From Thermovirgaceae bacterium (GTDB lineage Bacteria > Synergistota > Synergistia > Synergistales > Thermovirgaceae): a stretch of 21,469 nt of DNA. The translations under genes and the position numbers were made by a program. Within the stretch, counting starts at the first letter, position 1. Each line of letters begins with the position of its first letter. The DNA is taken from positions 1 to 21,469 of the forward strand of contig JBKHBH010000029.1 in NCBI GenBank assembly GCA_046542505.1. The letters are read 5' to 3'. Positions 1 through 9,464 of this stretch are shown here, piece after piece. The notes below the pieces were generated by a model that saw only the letters and a program-made list of their open reading frames with translations, did no database searches and was not told the origin of the DNA.

Positions 1-987
1 CTCATGGGAAAGGGATCCTTCCCCGAGGACCATCCCCTCTCTCTGGGAATGCTGGGCATGCACGGAACGCCCTGGTCCAACACCGCCGTCAGCGGGGCTG
101 ACCTGATCCTTGCGGCGGGAGTCCGCTTCAGCGACCGTTCCACGGGGGACCGTAAACATTTCGCCGCAGACGCCAGGATTATCCACGCCGATATCGACAA
201 GGCGGAATTCGGGAAGAACGTCAATGCCGATTTCCCCCTTTTGGGACACCTTTCACGGATTTTGCCGGAATTTCGCAAACGTCTTTGCGGCCCCGCGAAA
301 CATCATGAGAAATGGCTTGAAAAGATCGAAAAGGTCCGCCAGGCCTACGACGTGCCCGATGTGTCGGGATCCGGTCTTAACCCGGCGGAGGTTATCCGCA
401 GGGTCCGATCCCGCGTCGCCCCGGAGGATATCGTCACCACCGAGGTCGGCCAGCACCAGATGTGGGCGGCCCTGCACTGGAAAACCACCGTTCCACGTAC
501 CTTCATTACTTCGGGGGGGCTCGGGACCATGGGTTACGGCCTTCCCGCCGCCGTCGGAGCCGCATTTGCCAGACCCGGGCGCCCGGTCACGTGTCTTTCC
601 GGTGACGGCAGTTTCTTCATGAACGTGCAGGAACTCGAAACCTGCGTGCGTTACCGGCTTCCCGTCCGGTTGGTCGTCTTTAACAACGGCAGCCTGGGAA
701 TGGTGCGTCAGTGGCAGGAACTTTTCTGGGACAAACGGTATATCCAGACCTGCGAGGAACCTGCCTGCTCGATTTCACGGGTAGCCCAATCCTTCGGGTT
801 TTCCACCTGGACCGTTCTCGATCCCTCGAAGCTGGAAGAAGCCCTGGACGGCGCCTTTGCCGCCGATGGGCCCTCCCTGGTGGAATGCCCGATTGCCACG
901 GAGGAACTGGTCTACCCCATGGTTCCGGCAGGGGGAAAACTTGATGCGTTCCTTTTCCCCTTGAAGAATCCTGGAAGCAACTTATGA
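1..987 (+). CDS. ilvB: Acetolactate synthase large subunit, biosynthetic type (5' end outside the window)
   Basis: Motifs LGMLGMHG, GVRFSDR, TEVGQHQMWAA, TSGGLGTMGYGLPAAVGA, the TPP-binding GDGSFFMN...NNGSLGMVRQWQ and C-terminal VYPMVP. The frame is open from position 1. Confidence 0.95.
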   Translation, partial: LMGKGSFPEDHPLSLGMLGMHGTPWSNTAVSGADLILAAGVRFSDRSTGDRKHFAADARIIHADIDKAEFGKNVNADFPLLGHLSRILPEFRKRLCGPAKHHEKWLEKIEKVRQAYDVPDVSGSGLNPAEVIRRVRSRVAPEDIVTTEVGQHQMWAALHWKTTVPRTFITSGGLGTMGYGLPAAVGAAFARPGRPVTCLSGDGSFFMNVQELETCVRYRLPVRLVVFNNGSLGMVRQWQELFWDKRYIQTCEEPACSISRVAQSFGFSTWTVLDPSKLEEALDGAFAADGPSLVECPIATEELVYPMVPAGGKLDAFLFPLKNPGSNL

Positions 988-1047
988 TTCTTGCCTTCGA
1001 TAAATCTTCCTGGAAAAGCAAGAAAACCTGACCGATCTTTTTTACAA

Positions 1048-1082
1048 ATCAAGCATCCCATTTTGTATCTGGGATGCTTGAT
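1048..1082. terminator. Hairpin between convergent genes, probably a terminator
   Basis: Perfect 13-bp inverted repeat ATCAAGCATCCCA / TGGGATGCTTGAT with a 9-nt loop, downstream of both ilvB (+) and the minus-strand block. U-tracts are weak. Confidence 0.65.
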
Positions 1083-1115
1083 AACGTATTGACTTCTTAT
1101 GCATGCAACAACGAG

Positions 1116-1395
1116 CTATAACTTTTGCCGGGAAATAAATTCCAGATCGAGCCTCGGGGTGGAACTGATAAATTCTTTAAGCAGTTTGAACGCTCCGAAG
1201 GCGTCGCGAAGGTCCATCACTTCAGAGGAGGAATGTGTATACCTACGCGGTATAGAAAAATAACCCGTTGGGATTCTCTCACCAACGCGCCGCAACGCCC
1301 TACTGTAGGTGGTCCAAGAGCCTACTTCAGCATTGAACTGCACCGGGACGCCACTTGAACGCAGGACAGCATATAAGGCTTTTTTCAAAACCCAG
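1116..1395 (-). pseudogene. C-terminal remnant of an M42-family metallopeptidase
   Basis: The translation GVPVQF..GSWTTYS..IPTGYFSIPRRYTHSSSEVMDLRD matches the M42 C-terminus (GxTDA..GIPT..ISIPxRYxHSxxE). Only about 90 codons are recognisable, the TD motif is degenerate and there is no good RBS or start. The 5' boundary is approximate. Confidence 0.65.
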
Positions 1396-1521
1396 GTTGG
1401 ACACTCTTCCCTACGCACGCCTGCAACACACTTTCCTGAAAATTCGCTTTGCCCGCCCAAGCTTTTTGGATACGGATGGACATAAATGGAAAAGTGCAGT
1501 GGCAAGCTATTATGATCTAAT

Positions 1522-2253
1522 CTAGAAAACAGGAGTATCGGTACGCAAGAGATGTTTTTTTACATTTTCATCTTTTTCAAACTTTTCCAGGTTTTTACTG
1601 AGATGTTCCCGCATGTACCTGGATGCGGCTTCTTCATCTTGAGCAGCAATGGCTTCAAAAATCATTTTATGCTCGTTGAGTATAGTCTGCGGATCGATAT
1701 TCACGGCATAAAGCCTTTTTCGTCTAAAGGCTATGAAGTTTTTCATGAATGCCGAAAAGTTCTCGTAAATCCTCGACAAAAGGGGATTCTGGGAAGATTC
1801 GACAACGGAAGAATGAAAATAAGCATCCCAGGTACTGGCTTCACCTTCAATATCGGGAAAATCGACTTTTGCAAGGTTTTCAATACAGGACCGCATCTTA
1901 TCCAGATGATCTGGTTTTCTACGACGGGCAGACAAGGCCGCAGCGGGAATTTCAATCAGGAATCGCAATTCCATAACATGACGAATGTATTCCTCGGGCC
2001 ATATGGTCAGCGTTTCCAGATTCGTATCCAGTACGTCTAGAAGATTGTTCCGGATAAAGACACCTTGCCTCTCCCTAATTTCGACGATACCTTTTGCATC
2101 GAAAGCGACAAGAATTTCCCTGAGCAGGTTTCTGCTGATTTGAAGCTCATGAGCAAGTTCACGTTCAGGAGGGAGCTTTTCGACTCCTTTTCTCATCTGT
2201 CGCTTGATGATTTTCATGAGCTTTTCTCCAAGTTCTTTCCGCGATCGTGCCAT
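1522..2253 (-). CDS. GntR-family, FadR-subfamily transcriptional regulator (wHTH + FCD)
   Basis: HTH LPPERELAHELQISRNLLRE..GIVEIRERQG. FCD motifs ELRFLIE, DAYFH, SQNPLL, EHKMIFEAI and MREHL. SD-like AGGAG upstream. Confidence 0.93.
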   Translation of the reverse strand: MARSRKELGEKLMKIIKRQMRKGVEKLPPERELAHELQISRNLLREILVAFDAKGIVEIRERQGVFIRNNLLDVLDTNLETLTIWPEEYIRHVMELRFLIEIPAAALSARRRKPDHLDKMRSCIENLAKVDFPDIEGEASTWDAYFHSSVVESSQNPLLSRIYENFSAFMKNFIAFRRKRLYAVNIDPQTILNEHKMIFEAIAAQDEEAASRYMREHLSKNLEKFEKDENVKKHLLRTDTPVF

Positions 2254-2520
2254 TCACTGATCACTTCTCTCCTGCATTTACTATGTTTGCCGATTACAAC
2301 TTATTATCACCCATGGAATCCCACAACTACCAAAACTCATCTACACAACGTAAAAGATTGAGCAAAAAAAAAGACAGGGACGTTGCCGCTTGCCGCTGCT
2401 TTAATGTTCGTCGAGCATATTTTCATTATTCATAAACAGAAAACGTTTATCCTTTTAGCGGTTCCACACAGAGTTGCTCAGGGCGATGACGAGATGATGT
2501 ATCGCCCCATCAGTATCCCA

Positions 2521-3504
2521 TCAGGGAAGTATAAGCGTCTTTATTGGCGCCTCTTCTTTTCCACTGCATGCATGTTCGAAAGCACGCTGTATTTCATCCA
2601 GTCTGAATTCTACCTCTATGTATGGCATGATGTCCAAGATTTTTTGTTCCACAGGCCTCAATGCCTTTTGTGCCCACACATATCTCTCGTGCCAGGTATG
2701 ATGAACCAGGCATGTCGTGACGATACTGATTCCGTCATCATGCCACCGGCTGATATTAAGTCTGACAGGCTCGGTTATCCAGCTGTATAGAACAATCCTG
2801 CCGTTTCTTGCAACAATTTCCGACGCCAGGTTCATCGAAGATTCGGAGCCTGCGCATTCAACGACCACATCCGAGCCGGCTTCGCTCGAAACTTTTCCGG
2901 ACGCGCTACATATGTCGTCTTCGGGATGTAAAACAACATCTGCACCAAAGCGTTTAGCAACCTTCCGCTTTGCATCTGAGGGATCAACAGCTATAACCAT
3001 TGAAGCTCCCATCTTTTTTGCACACTGAACGATAACCTGCCCTGCGAAACCACACCCTATCACGGTCACCACATCGCCGAGCCGGATGCCGGCGTTCATA
3101 GCACTGAAAACCGCGCAAGCCGTCGGTTCACCAAGAGCAGTTTCGCGTTCGTTGAAGCTTTCAGGGGCAGGTTGCAGTTGCCACTCTTTTGCGGTGAAAT
3201 AATCAGCGAAATTGTTGTTCCAACCGAAGGAAATAACCCTGTCGCCTATGTTAAAATTGTTCACCCGTCTCCCTATCTCCACGATTTCCCCGCCACTTTC
3301 GTGTCCCAGTGGAAACGGGTAGGTTGGCGGGTGACGGAATTCGGTCGTAGAGGGTGGCATTTTTCCGCAAAAAATATTCTTGTCCGAGCCGCAGATGCCT
3401 ATAGCGGTGTTCTTGACCATGACCTCATCCGGGGCACAGCTTATTTCCTTTTCCACTATCGAGATTCGGCCTGGCTGATCTACCAACGCTGCCCGTGTCT
3501 TCAT
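2521..3504 (-). CDS. Zinc-dependent medium-chain alcohol/polyol dehydrogenase (threonine/sorbitol dehydrogenase-like)
   Basis: Catalytic Zn motifs GICGSD and LGHESGG, plus EPTAC, Rossmann motif GCGFAG and DVVVECAG. Confidence 0.9.
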   Translation of the reverse strand: MKTRAALVDQPGRISIVEKEISCAPDEVMVKNTAIGICGSDKNIFCGKMPPSTTEFRHPPTYPFPLGHESGGEIVEIGRRVNNFNIGDRVISFGWNNNFADYFTAKEWQLQPAPESFNERETALGEPTACAVFSAMNAGIRLGDVVTVIGCGFAGQVIVQCAKKMGASMVIAVDPSDAKRKVAKRFGADVVLHPEDDICSASGKVSSEAGSDVVVECAGSESSMNLASEIVARNGRIVLYSWITEPVRLNISRWHDDGISIVTTCLVHHTWHERYVWAQKALRPVEQKILDIMPYIEVEFRLDEIQRAFEHACSGKEEAPIKTLILP

Positions 3505-3562
3505 CGTGTACCTGTCCCCCTCAACCTGCTATTTCATTGCTGTTGTTTTTCTCGTCCTTTTT

Positions 3563-4837
3563 TTACATCAAAAGATCCGGGAGAAATGTGACAATTGACG
3601 GCACATAGGTTATCAGCAACAAGACACCTACAAGGATCAAAATCATTGGCCATACACGATAGGCTATCTTGTCGAAAGGTATTGCCGTGACTTTCTGAAC
3701 AACATAAAGAGCCATGCCCATTGGTGGAGTCAAAATGCCTATCAGCAGGTTTACGCACATGATAATGCCCAGATGAACTGGATCTATGCCCGCAGCGACC
3801 ATGGCGGGGACAAGTATTGGAGTAAGCAGTACGATTGCTGAATTGGTCTCAACAAAACATCCTACTACAAGAAGGGCTAAATTAAGAAAGAGGAGGATGA
3901 AGATCTTGCTGACCCCGGCCTTGCCAACGAATTCAACGAAAATCCTCGATGCCCCGGAAGCCGTCAACAACCACGAAAAAATGGCCGCAAAACCAATTAT
4001 AAGCATGATACTGGCGGAAGTTCGGGCCGACCCCTTGAGAACACTCCAGAAAGTCTTGAAAGTTATCGTCCTGTAATACAACCCGAGCATAAGGGAATAG
4101 GCGCTTGCTATAGCAGCGGCCTCCGTTGGGGTAAAAACACCTCCGAAAATGCCTCCGAGAATTATAACCGGCGATAGCAAAGAGAGAAAGGCTTTCTTGA
4201 AAGCAACCCAGACATTGGAAATGCTCGGTGCAGGGTGTATGACAAACTGTCCCGGATTACGTCTGCCTATAATCCAGATATAGCCCATCAGGGCAGTTCC
4301 CATGAGGATACCCGGAATCATCCCCGCAAGGAAAAGCCTGCCAACTGACACCCCTGCCAGCACACCGTAAAGGACATAAACAATGCTTGGTGGAATGATG
4401 GGTCCAATAGTCGAGGCAGCTGCGCAAATGGCGGCGGCTCGATCCTCAAGGAAACCGTCATCTTTCATTCCTTTTATCTGTATCGGCCCCAGTCCTCCGG
4501 CAGCCGCAAGTGCCGATCCACTCATGCTTGCAAAGAGCATACTCGTAAGGATCGTCACGTGTCCCATGCCCGCAGGCTTGTGACCTATCAGACTTCGGGC
4601 AAAATTCCAGAGTTTGTCTGTAACACCCGTCATATTCATCATGTTGCCGGCGAAGACAAAAAGAGGGAGCGCCATAAGTGGAAAACTGTCGAGCCCGACA
4701 AAAAGCCTCTGGGTCATTAGCGCATAAGGGAAGCCGTTGAAGTACATGACCAAAAGGGAAATGATACCAAGTGTAAATGCAATGGGAATTCCGGAAAACA
4801 GGAAGATAACGAAAAGAGCCAGCATGGCAAAAACCAT
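3563..4837 (-). CDS. dctM: TRAP transporter large permease
   Basis: Hydrophobic 424 aa with DSFPLMALPLF, SMSGSALA, IGPIIPPS, GGIFGGVFTPTEAA and GILTPPMG. Confidence 0.95.
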   Translation of the reverse strand: MVFAMLALFVIFLFSGIPIAFTLGIISLLVMYFNGFPYALMTQRLFVGLDSFPLMALPLFVFAGNMMNMTGVTDKLWNFARSLIGHKPAGMGHVTILTSMLFASMSGSALAAAGGLGPIQIKGMKDDGFLEDRAAAICAAASTIGPIIPPSIVYVLYGVLAGVSVGRLFLAGMIPGILMGTALMGYIWIIGRRNPGQFVIHPAPSISNVWVAFKKAFLSLLSPVIILGGIFGGVFTPTEAAAIASAYSLMLGLYYRTITFKTFWSVLKGSARTSASIMLIIGFAAIFSWLLTASGASRIFVEFVGKAGVSKIFILLFLNLALLVVGCFVETNSAIVLLTPILVPAMVAAGIDPVHLGIIMCVNLLIGILTPPMGMALYVVQKVTAIPFDKIAYRVWPMILILVGVLLLITYVPSIVTFLPDLLM

Positions 4838-5298
4838 TATTTCTCCCTCCTTTGGCCTGCCTTGAAAAGGTTGAAGAATGCCACAGCACCCATAAGCACG
4901 AACGCAACGGGAAGAATGGAATAAATAAGGTAGAGTGGAATACCGCTGCCAGGTGCTTCCTGACTACAGGCGACTGACGTCTGCATCAGCTTTACCCCGC
5001 TGTAAGCCATGAGAAAACAGAAAACCGACAGGATTCCACTGATCATGAACTCGAGAATATTCTTCAGAAAGGCGGGGAGTTTATTTATGAAATAATCCAT
5101 AAGGATATGGTCGTTTTCCTTGGTAATAATGATGCTGAAGACTAAAACGGAACAAATCATCGACCATCGCGCAAATTCTTCGGTCCATGGAGGTGGGGAA
5201 CTGAAAATATACCTTGCTACAATCTGGATAAGAACAAGGACTATCATTAAGCAGAAAAAAAAGGCGCCAATGCTCTCGATGGCTCGCTTGGTTTTCAA
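4837..5298 (-). CDS. dctQ: TRAP transporter small permease
   Basis: Four TM segments with QIVARY..PPWTEEFARW and HILMD. TTG start with GGAGG SD; the stop overlaps the dctM start (TAATG). Confidence 0.93.
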   Translation of the reverse strand: MKTKRAIESIGAFFFCLMIVLVLIQIVARYIFSSPPPWTEEFARWSMICSVLVFSIIITKENDHILMDYFINKLPAFLKNILEFMISGILSVFCFLMAYSGVKLMQTSVACSQEAPGSGIPLYLIYSILPVAFVLMGAVAFFNLFKAGQRREK

Positions 5299-5327
5299 GA
5301 AATAACCTCCTCTCAGTTCGCTCAGTT

Positions 5328-5361
5328 AGCGGGCCGTCTCCATTAATTGGGACGGCCCGCT
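5328..5361 (-). terminator. Intercistronic stem-loop between dctP and dctQ (partial terminator or mRNA stabiliser)
   Basis: 11-bp inverted repeat AGCGGGCCGTC / GACGGCCCGCT with no U-tract on the minus strand. Confidence 0.6.
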
Positions 5362-5375
5362 TATTGATTTATAGC

Positions 5376-6350
5376 CTATTTGGCTATATCTGCGATCTGC
5401 TGGTAGTATTCTTCCCCGAATTCCTCCGCCCAGTCTTCGTGCAGAGGCTGTACAGCTTCCTTGAAGGGTGCCAAATCAGGTTCGGTGATGGTGACTCCAT
5501 GTTCCTTCTCAATTTCCTCAAGAAGTGCCGCTTCGCGCTCCATGGCCACATTCCTTTGGTAGTGGGTGGCTTCCATGGCTGCTTCCTTTACGGCTTCCTG
5601 TTGCTCTTCAGATAATTTGTTCCAGAAAACCTTGCTTACAAGGAGTGGTGCATCGAGATAAATATGTCTTGTCATAGCAAGGAAGTCCTGAACTTCGTAA
5701 AATTTTTGCGTCATGATGTGGAAAATCGGATTTTCCTGGCCTTTGACCACACCTTGCTGGAGAGCAGAGTAAAGCTCTGGGAAGGGGATCGGAACAGGCT
5801 TGGCACCGAAAGCAATGAATGTGTCTCTGAACATGGGGCTTTCCGGCGTCCTTATTTTGAATCCTTTCAGGTCACCCATTGTTTCGATCTTCTTGCTCGA
5901 GGTAACGAGACGCCATCCGTTTTCCATGTTTGCCAGCCGCACGATTCCCATCTTGTCGAGCCCTTCGTAAACTTTGTTTGAGATTGGGCTGTCAAGAAAG
6001 GCATAGACGTGCTCGGGGCTTTCCCACATGTAAGGAAGCGGAATTATCGAGGCCATCGGCACAAAACTGTCGATGGGTCCTTCAATGGCAAACTCAAGCG
6101 TTCCCATCTGAAGGCTTTCCATCATGTCCCGGTCTCCGCCCAGCTGGCCTCCAGGATAGGTCTCCACCTCAACTGCGCCATTGGTTTTCTCTTTGACAAG
6201 TTCGGCAAACTTCTGCGCACCGACCTCAAAGATGTGGTCCGGAGCCCCCACGTGACCCAATTTTGCCTTCAAGGGAGCCGAAATCGCCATGCTGCCAAAA
6301 GAAACCACCAAAACCATTGCCATAAACAGGACAAAGCTTCTCCTTCTCAT
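5376..6350 (-). CDS. dctP: TRAP transporter periplasmic substrate-binding protein
   Basis: N-terminal signal peptide, YPGGQLG, NGWR, DLKGFKIRTP with the conserved anion-binding Arg, and PFPELYSALQQGVVKGQENP. GAGGAGG SD. Confidence 0.95.
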   Translation of the reverse strand: MRRRSFVLFMAMVLVVSFGSMAISAPLKAKLGHVGAPDHIFEVGAQKFAELVKEKTNGAVEVETYPGGQLGGDRDMMESLQMGTLEFAIEGPIDSFVPMASIIPLPYMWESPEHVYAFLDSPISNKVYEGLDKMGIVRLANMENGWRLVTSSKKIETMGDLKGFKIRTPESPMFRDTFIAFGAKPVPIPFPELYSALQQGVVKGQENPIFHIMTQKFYEVQDFLAMTRHIYLDAPLLVSKVFWNKLSEEQQEAVKEAAMEATHYQRNVAMEREAALLEEIEKEHGVTITEPDLAPFKEAVQPLHEDWAEEFGEEYYQQIADIAK

Positions 6351-6366
6351 AACGTAACCTCCTCGA

Positions 6367-7269
6367 TTAGTGTTGTTCCTTGCTGGAAATGCTTGTGCCG
6401 GTCACCTTTTCATATACCTTGACCACTGCGGAATGATCCTTGTTTCCAAGTCCGAGCGCACGTGCTCCTTCATAAGTCTGTTGCGCCAAGGCTGCGAAGG
6501 GGAGTGGAACGTTCAGCCCTTTTCCGGCATCCAGGGCAAGACAGATATCTTTGTGCTGAAGGTTGACCATGAAACCTGGCTCATAGTCATCCTCAAGCAT
6601 ATGAGGAACCCGGGTCTCCATGGCCCATGAACGCGCCGAACCGGAAGCAAGAACTTTCTGAAGCACTTCAGGGTCGATTCCAGCTTTGACACCCAGAGTG
6701 AAAGCTTCGGCAATCGCACACAGGCTCAGTCCGACAACGATTTGGTTACACATTTTCGCAGTCTGGCCAGCGCTGGTTTCTCCAACATGGACAAAATTGC
6801 CAAGGACAGAGAAAACCGGCTTTGCCTCTTCGAGATCCTTTTCTGAAGCACCCACCATGATCCCCAGCTTCCCTTTCTCTGCGCCGGCGACTCCTCCTGT
6901 TACCGGAGCGTCGATCAGCCTGAGTTGCCGTTCTTTCGCCTGTTCATTGAGTTTCTTTGTTACCAACGGGGAAATAGAACTCATGTCGATCAGCAGGGAT
7001 CCTTCGGTTGCTCCTTGAAATACCCCTTCGGGGCCCGCAAGGACTTCTTCAACATGTGGGGAATTCGGCAGCATTGTAATGATCAGCTTCGCCTGCGAAG
7101 CCACATCAGCAGGAGAATTCCCTACATCAGCCCCAATCGATTTGAACTCCTTCAGCACCGATTCAACTATGTCGTAAACAACAACGTCGTAACCTGCCTT
7201 GAGAAGATTTCGGGCCATGGGCCTTCCCATGTTGCCCAACCCTATAAATCCAATTTTCAACAATATCAC
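6367..7269 (-). CDS. NAD(P)-dependent beta-hydroxyacid dehydrogenase (tartronate semialdehyde reductase / 3-hydroxyisobutyrate dehydrogenase family)
   Basis: IGFIGLGNMGRPMA, ITMLPNSPHV, DMSSISP, DAPVTGG, catalytic AKMCNQ and FMVNLQHKD. The real start may be the TTG at 7263 or 7260. Confidence 0.92.
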   Translation of the reverse strand: MILLKIGFIGLGNMGRPMARNLLKAGYDVVVYDIVESVLKEFKSIGADVGNSPADVASQAKLIITMLPNSPHVEEVLAGPEGVFQGATEGSLLIDMSSISPLVTKKLNEQAKERQLRLIDAPVTGGVAGAEKGKLGIMVGASEKDLEEAKPVFSVLGNFVHVGETSAGQTAKMCNQIVVGLSLCAIAEAFTLGVKAGIDPEVLQKVLASGSARSWAMETRVPHMLEDDYEPGFMVNLQHKDICLALDAGKGLNVPLPFAALAQQTYEGARALGLGNKDHSAVVKVYEKVTGTSISSKEQH

Positions 7270-7293
7270 CTCACCTTTCTCCGCTATTTTTGG

Positions 7294-9153
7294 TTACCCG
7301 TACATTTCCCGGGCTACGTCCTCAAGCCCGAGCCGTTTTAGGGTCTCCTGTTTTGGGAGCCCTGTACCCCTATCCCAACCACGGGCTTCATAGGTCTCGT
7401 CGAGCAGCTTGTCAAGGGTTTCTCTGGGAATGTATTTGCCCTTCGATGGTCCACTGGGGATAGGTTCTTCCATGAATCTCCAGGGAAGTTTGTCGTCTTG
7501 CCTGGTTTCTCCTTCACGGATGTTCGTTGCGCGCTCCAGGGTATAGACTCGATCACTGATATCTTTGAGGTCATTCAGGGAAAGATCCATTCCCGTCGTC
7601 ACCTTGACGAGTCTTACATGATCTTCTGTCAGCCCTGTCGGTCCAAAAATGCCCTCAAGCATCCTGCACATGATCATGGTGTCCATGAACGTCGTCATTC
7701 GCTGAACTTCAACTTCATAAGTTCCCTTTCCTTCGATGGTGTTAGGATCCACAATACCGGCTCTTTCAGCGGTAGGTCTGCCGTCCTGATGAGTACCCCC
7801 TCTGTTCGAGGTAGCGTACCCTATCGCCATCCCAGGGAGCCCCCGGGCGGAATGAGCGGGAACCTCCAGGCCTTTGACCTGTATGGCATACTTCCAGGCA
7901 TCTCCGCCAAGATGCTCGGCGAAACGGACGGTTCCTTCTCCCATGACCCATCCAATGCCTTCACGGTTGCCGATCTTTTCCACGAGCTTGACCATGTTTT
8001 CATGATCACCGAAGGAGAGATCAATCCCGTCGAGAGCATTTTTATCAAGGAGGCCTCGTTCCGCGCATTCCATCGCCATCGAGATGACGCCGCCGCCCGA
8101 GATGGTGTCAAGACCATACTCGTCGCAAAGCCTATCGGCGGCTATGATTGCGTCTATTTCTCCGACACCGCAGTTTGACCCCAGTGAAAAAAGCGTTTCA
8201 TACTCGGGCCCGACGCTCAAATATTCGCCATACTGACCTTCACGCGCCTTATTTACCTTTGCGCAGGCAATGGCACAGCCGAAGCACGCATCATTGGCAA
8301 CAAAATTGTTTTCCTTCAGGTATTTCCCACCTATCAGTTCTGCTTTCTCAAATTGTTCTTCCTGGTAATTTCTGGTTCCAAGCATACCCAGCTTGTTATT
8401 GACCTCTACTACAGCAGCGGTCCCGTAGGTCGGAAGTCCGGTTCCTGTTCCGGGGTTTTCACGGATACGCTCCCGGATTTCACTCGCGAACTCCTCAAAG
8501 GCTTCAATGTCCGCAACCTTGACGGATCCGGTCCCATGGACCGCCACGGCCTTCAGGTTCTTTGAACCCATAACGGCGCCTACTCCTCCACGCCCCGCTG
8601 CATGAACTCCGGATATAATGCAGGCAATTCTGGCAAGCTTTTCTCCTGCAGGTCCTATACAGGCCGTTGCAATGTCTTTTTCGCCGGTCAGCTCTCTCAA
8701 CTTGTTCTGGACGTCGAAAGTTTTGCCACCCCAAAGAGTTTCAGCATCGCGTATCTCAACCTTGTCATCATTGATCCAGAGATAGACAGGACTGTCAGCT
8801 TTTCCTTCCAGTACGATCCCGTCATAACCCGCATATTTCAAATAGGCTCCGAATTCTCCACCAACGTAGGAATCGATAAACCTGTTGTTCAGCGGAGATT
8901 TTGTTGCGATCATGAGTCTTGACCCGCAGACGGGCATGTTTGTCCCCGTTACGGGCCCGGTGAAAAACAAAAGCTTGTTTTGTTCACTCAACGGATCGAC
9001 ACCGGCAGGTATTTCGTCATAAATAATCTTTGCCGCAAAACCGTTTCCTCCAATAAACTGTTCCGCAAAACCATCTTCCACTTTTTCCGTCTCAATGCTT
9101 CGTTCCGAGAGGTTGACCCGGAGTATTTTGCCCATATAACCACTGTATTTCAT
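7294..9153 (-). CDS. aor: Aldehyde:ferredoxin oxidoreductase family (tungstopterin WOR) large subunit
   Basis: 619 aa with GYMGKILRVNL, KSPL, AGYDGIV, pterin-binding AAGRGGVGAVMGSKNLKA, [4Fe-4S] motif CFGCAIAC plus a distal Cys (IMCR), GPEYET, DEYGLDTIS and YEARGWD..GLP. Confidence 0.95.
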   Translation of the reverse strand: MKYSGYMGKILRVNLSERSIETEKVEDGFAEQFIGGNGFAAKIIYDEIPAGVDPLSEQNKLLFFTGPVTGTNMPVCGSRLMIATKSPLNNRFIDSYVGGEFGAYLKYAGYDGIVLEGKADSPVYLWINDDKVEIRDAETLWGGKTFDVQNKLRELTGEKDIATACIGPAGEKLARIACIISGVHAAGRGGVGAVMGSKNLKAVAVHGTGSVKVADIEAFEEFASEIRERIRENPGTGTGLPTYGTAAVVEVNNKLGMLGTRNYQEEQFEKAELIGGKYLKENNFVANDACFGCAIACAKVNKAREGQYGEYLSVGPEYETLFSLGSNCGVGEIDAIIAADRLCDEYGLDTISGGGVISMAMECAERGLLDKNALDGIDLSFGDHENMVKLVEKIGNREGIGWVMGEGTVRFAEHLGGDAWKYAIQVKGLEVPAHSARGLPGMAIGYATSNRGGTHQDGRPTAERAGIVDPNTIEGKGTYEVEVQRMTTFMDTMIMCRMLEGIFGPTGLTEDHVRLVKVTTGMDLSLNDLKDISDRVYTLERATNIREGETRQDDKLPWRFMEEPIPSGPSKGKYIPRETLDKLLDETYEARGWDRGTGLPKQETLKRLGLEDVAREMYG

Positions 9154-9155
9154 CT

Positions 9156-9434
9156 TTATCCCCCCACCACTGGACTGATGAAGAGCAACTCGTCTCCATC
9201 ATTCAAGGGTCGTTCAAATGCTTCCGGAAATCGCACCATTTGGCCGTTAATTGCAACGATTAAATATCGTGGTTTGCCGGTAGACGGCTCTACAACCTGT
9301 TTGTAAGGCTCTCCGTTGTCGATATGCTTCATCTTTTCGAGCACATCAGCAACAGTCCCACTGGCATCAAAAAACACTGAAAATTCATTCAATCCCGGAA
9401 TCCCTTCAATGTAAACCTGGACCGAAATCCCCAT
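9156..9434 (-). CDS. MoaD/ThiS-family sulfur carrier (ubiquitin-like)
   Basis: About 92 aa ending in LNDGDELLFISPVVGG (C-terminal di-Gly). Start moved to ATG 9434 behind a GAGGTG SD. Confidence 0.88.
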   Translation of the reverse strand: MGISVQVYIEGIPGLNEFSVFFDASGTVADVLEKMKHIDNGEPYKQVVEPSTGKPRYLIVAINGQMVRFPEAFERPLNDGDELLFISPVVGG

Positions 9435-9464
9435 ACACGCTTCACACCTCACCGGCTCCAAGAA

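Noticed and set aside
960..1030. Short repeated TCCTGGAA..GCAA, and GAAAACCT shared with ~11553, as possible att or target-site repeats
   Set aside because: Too short and imperfect, with no integrase or transposase nearby.
2364..2410. A9 run with TGCCGCT repeats as a terminator after the Zn-dehydrogenase gene
   Set aside because: The minus-strand U-tract is present but I could not find a convincing stem.
6367..7269. Sulfolactaldehyde reductase (YihU-like) assignment, making the operon a DHPS/sulfonate pathway
   Set aside because: The protein has DAPVTGG rather than the PVGRT sulfonate-pocket motif I recall for YihU, and no known sulfo-lyase is present. The idea is not excluded but is unsupported.
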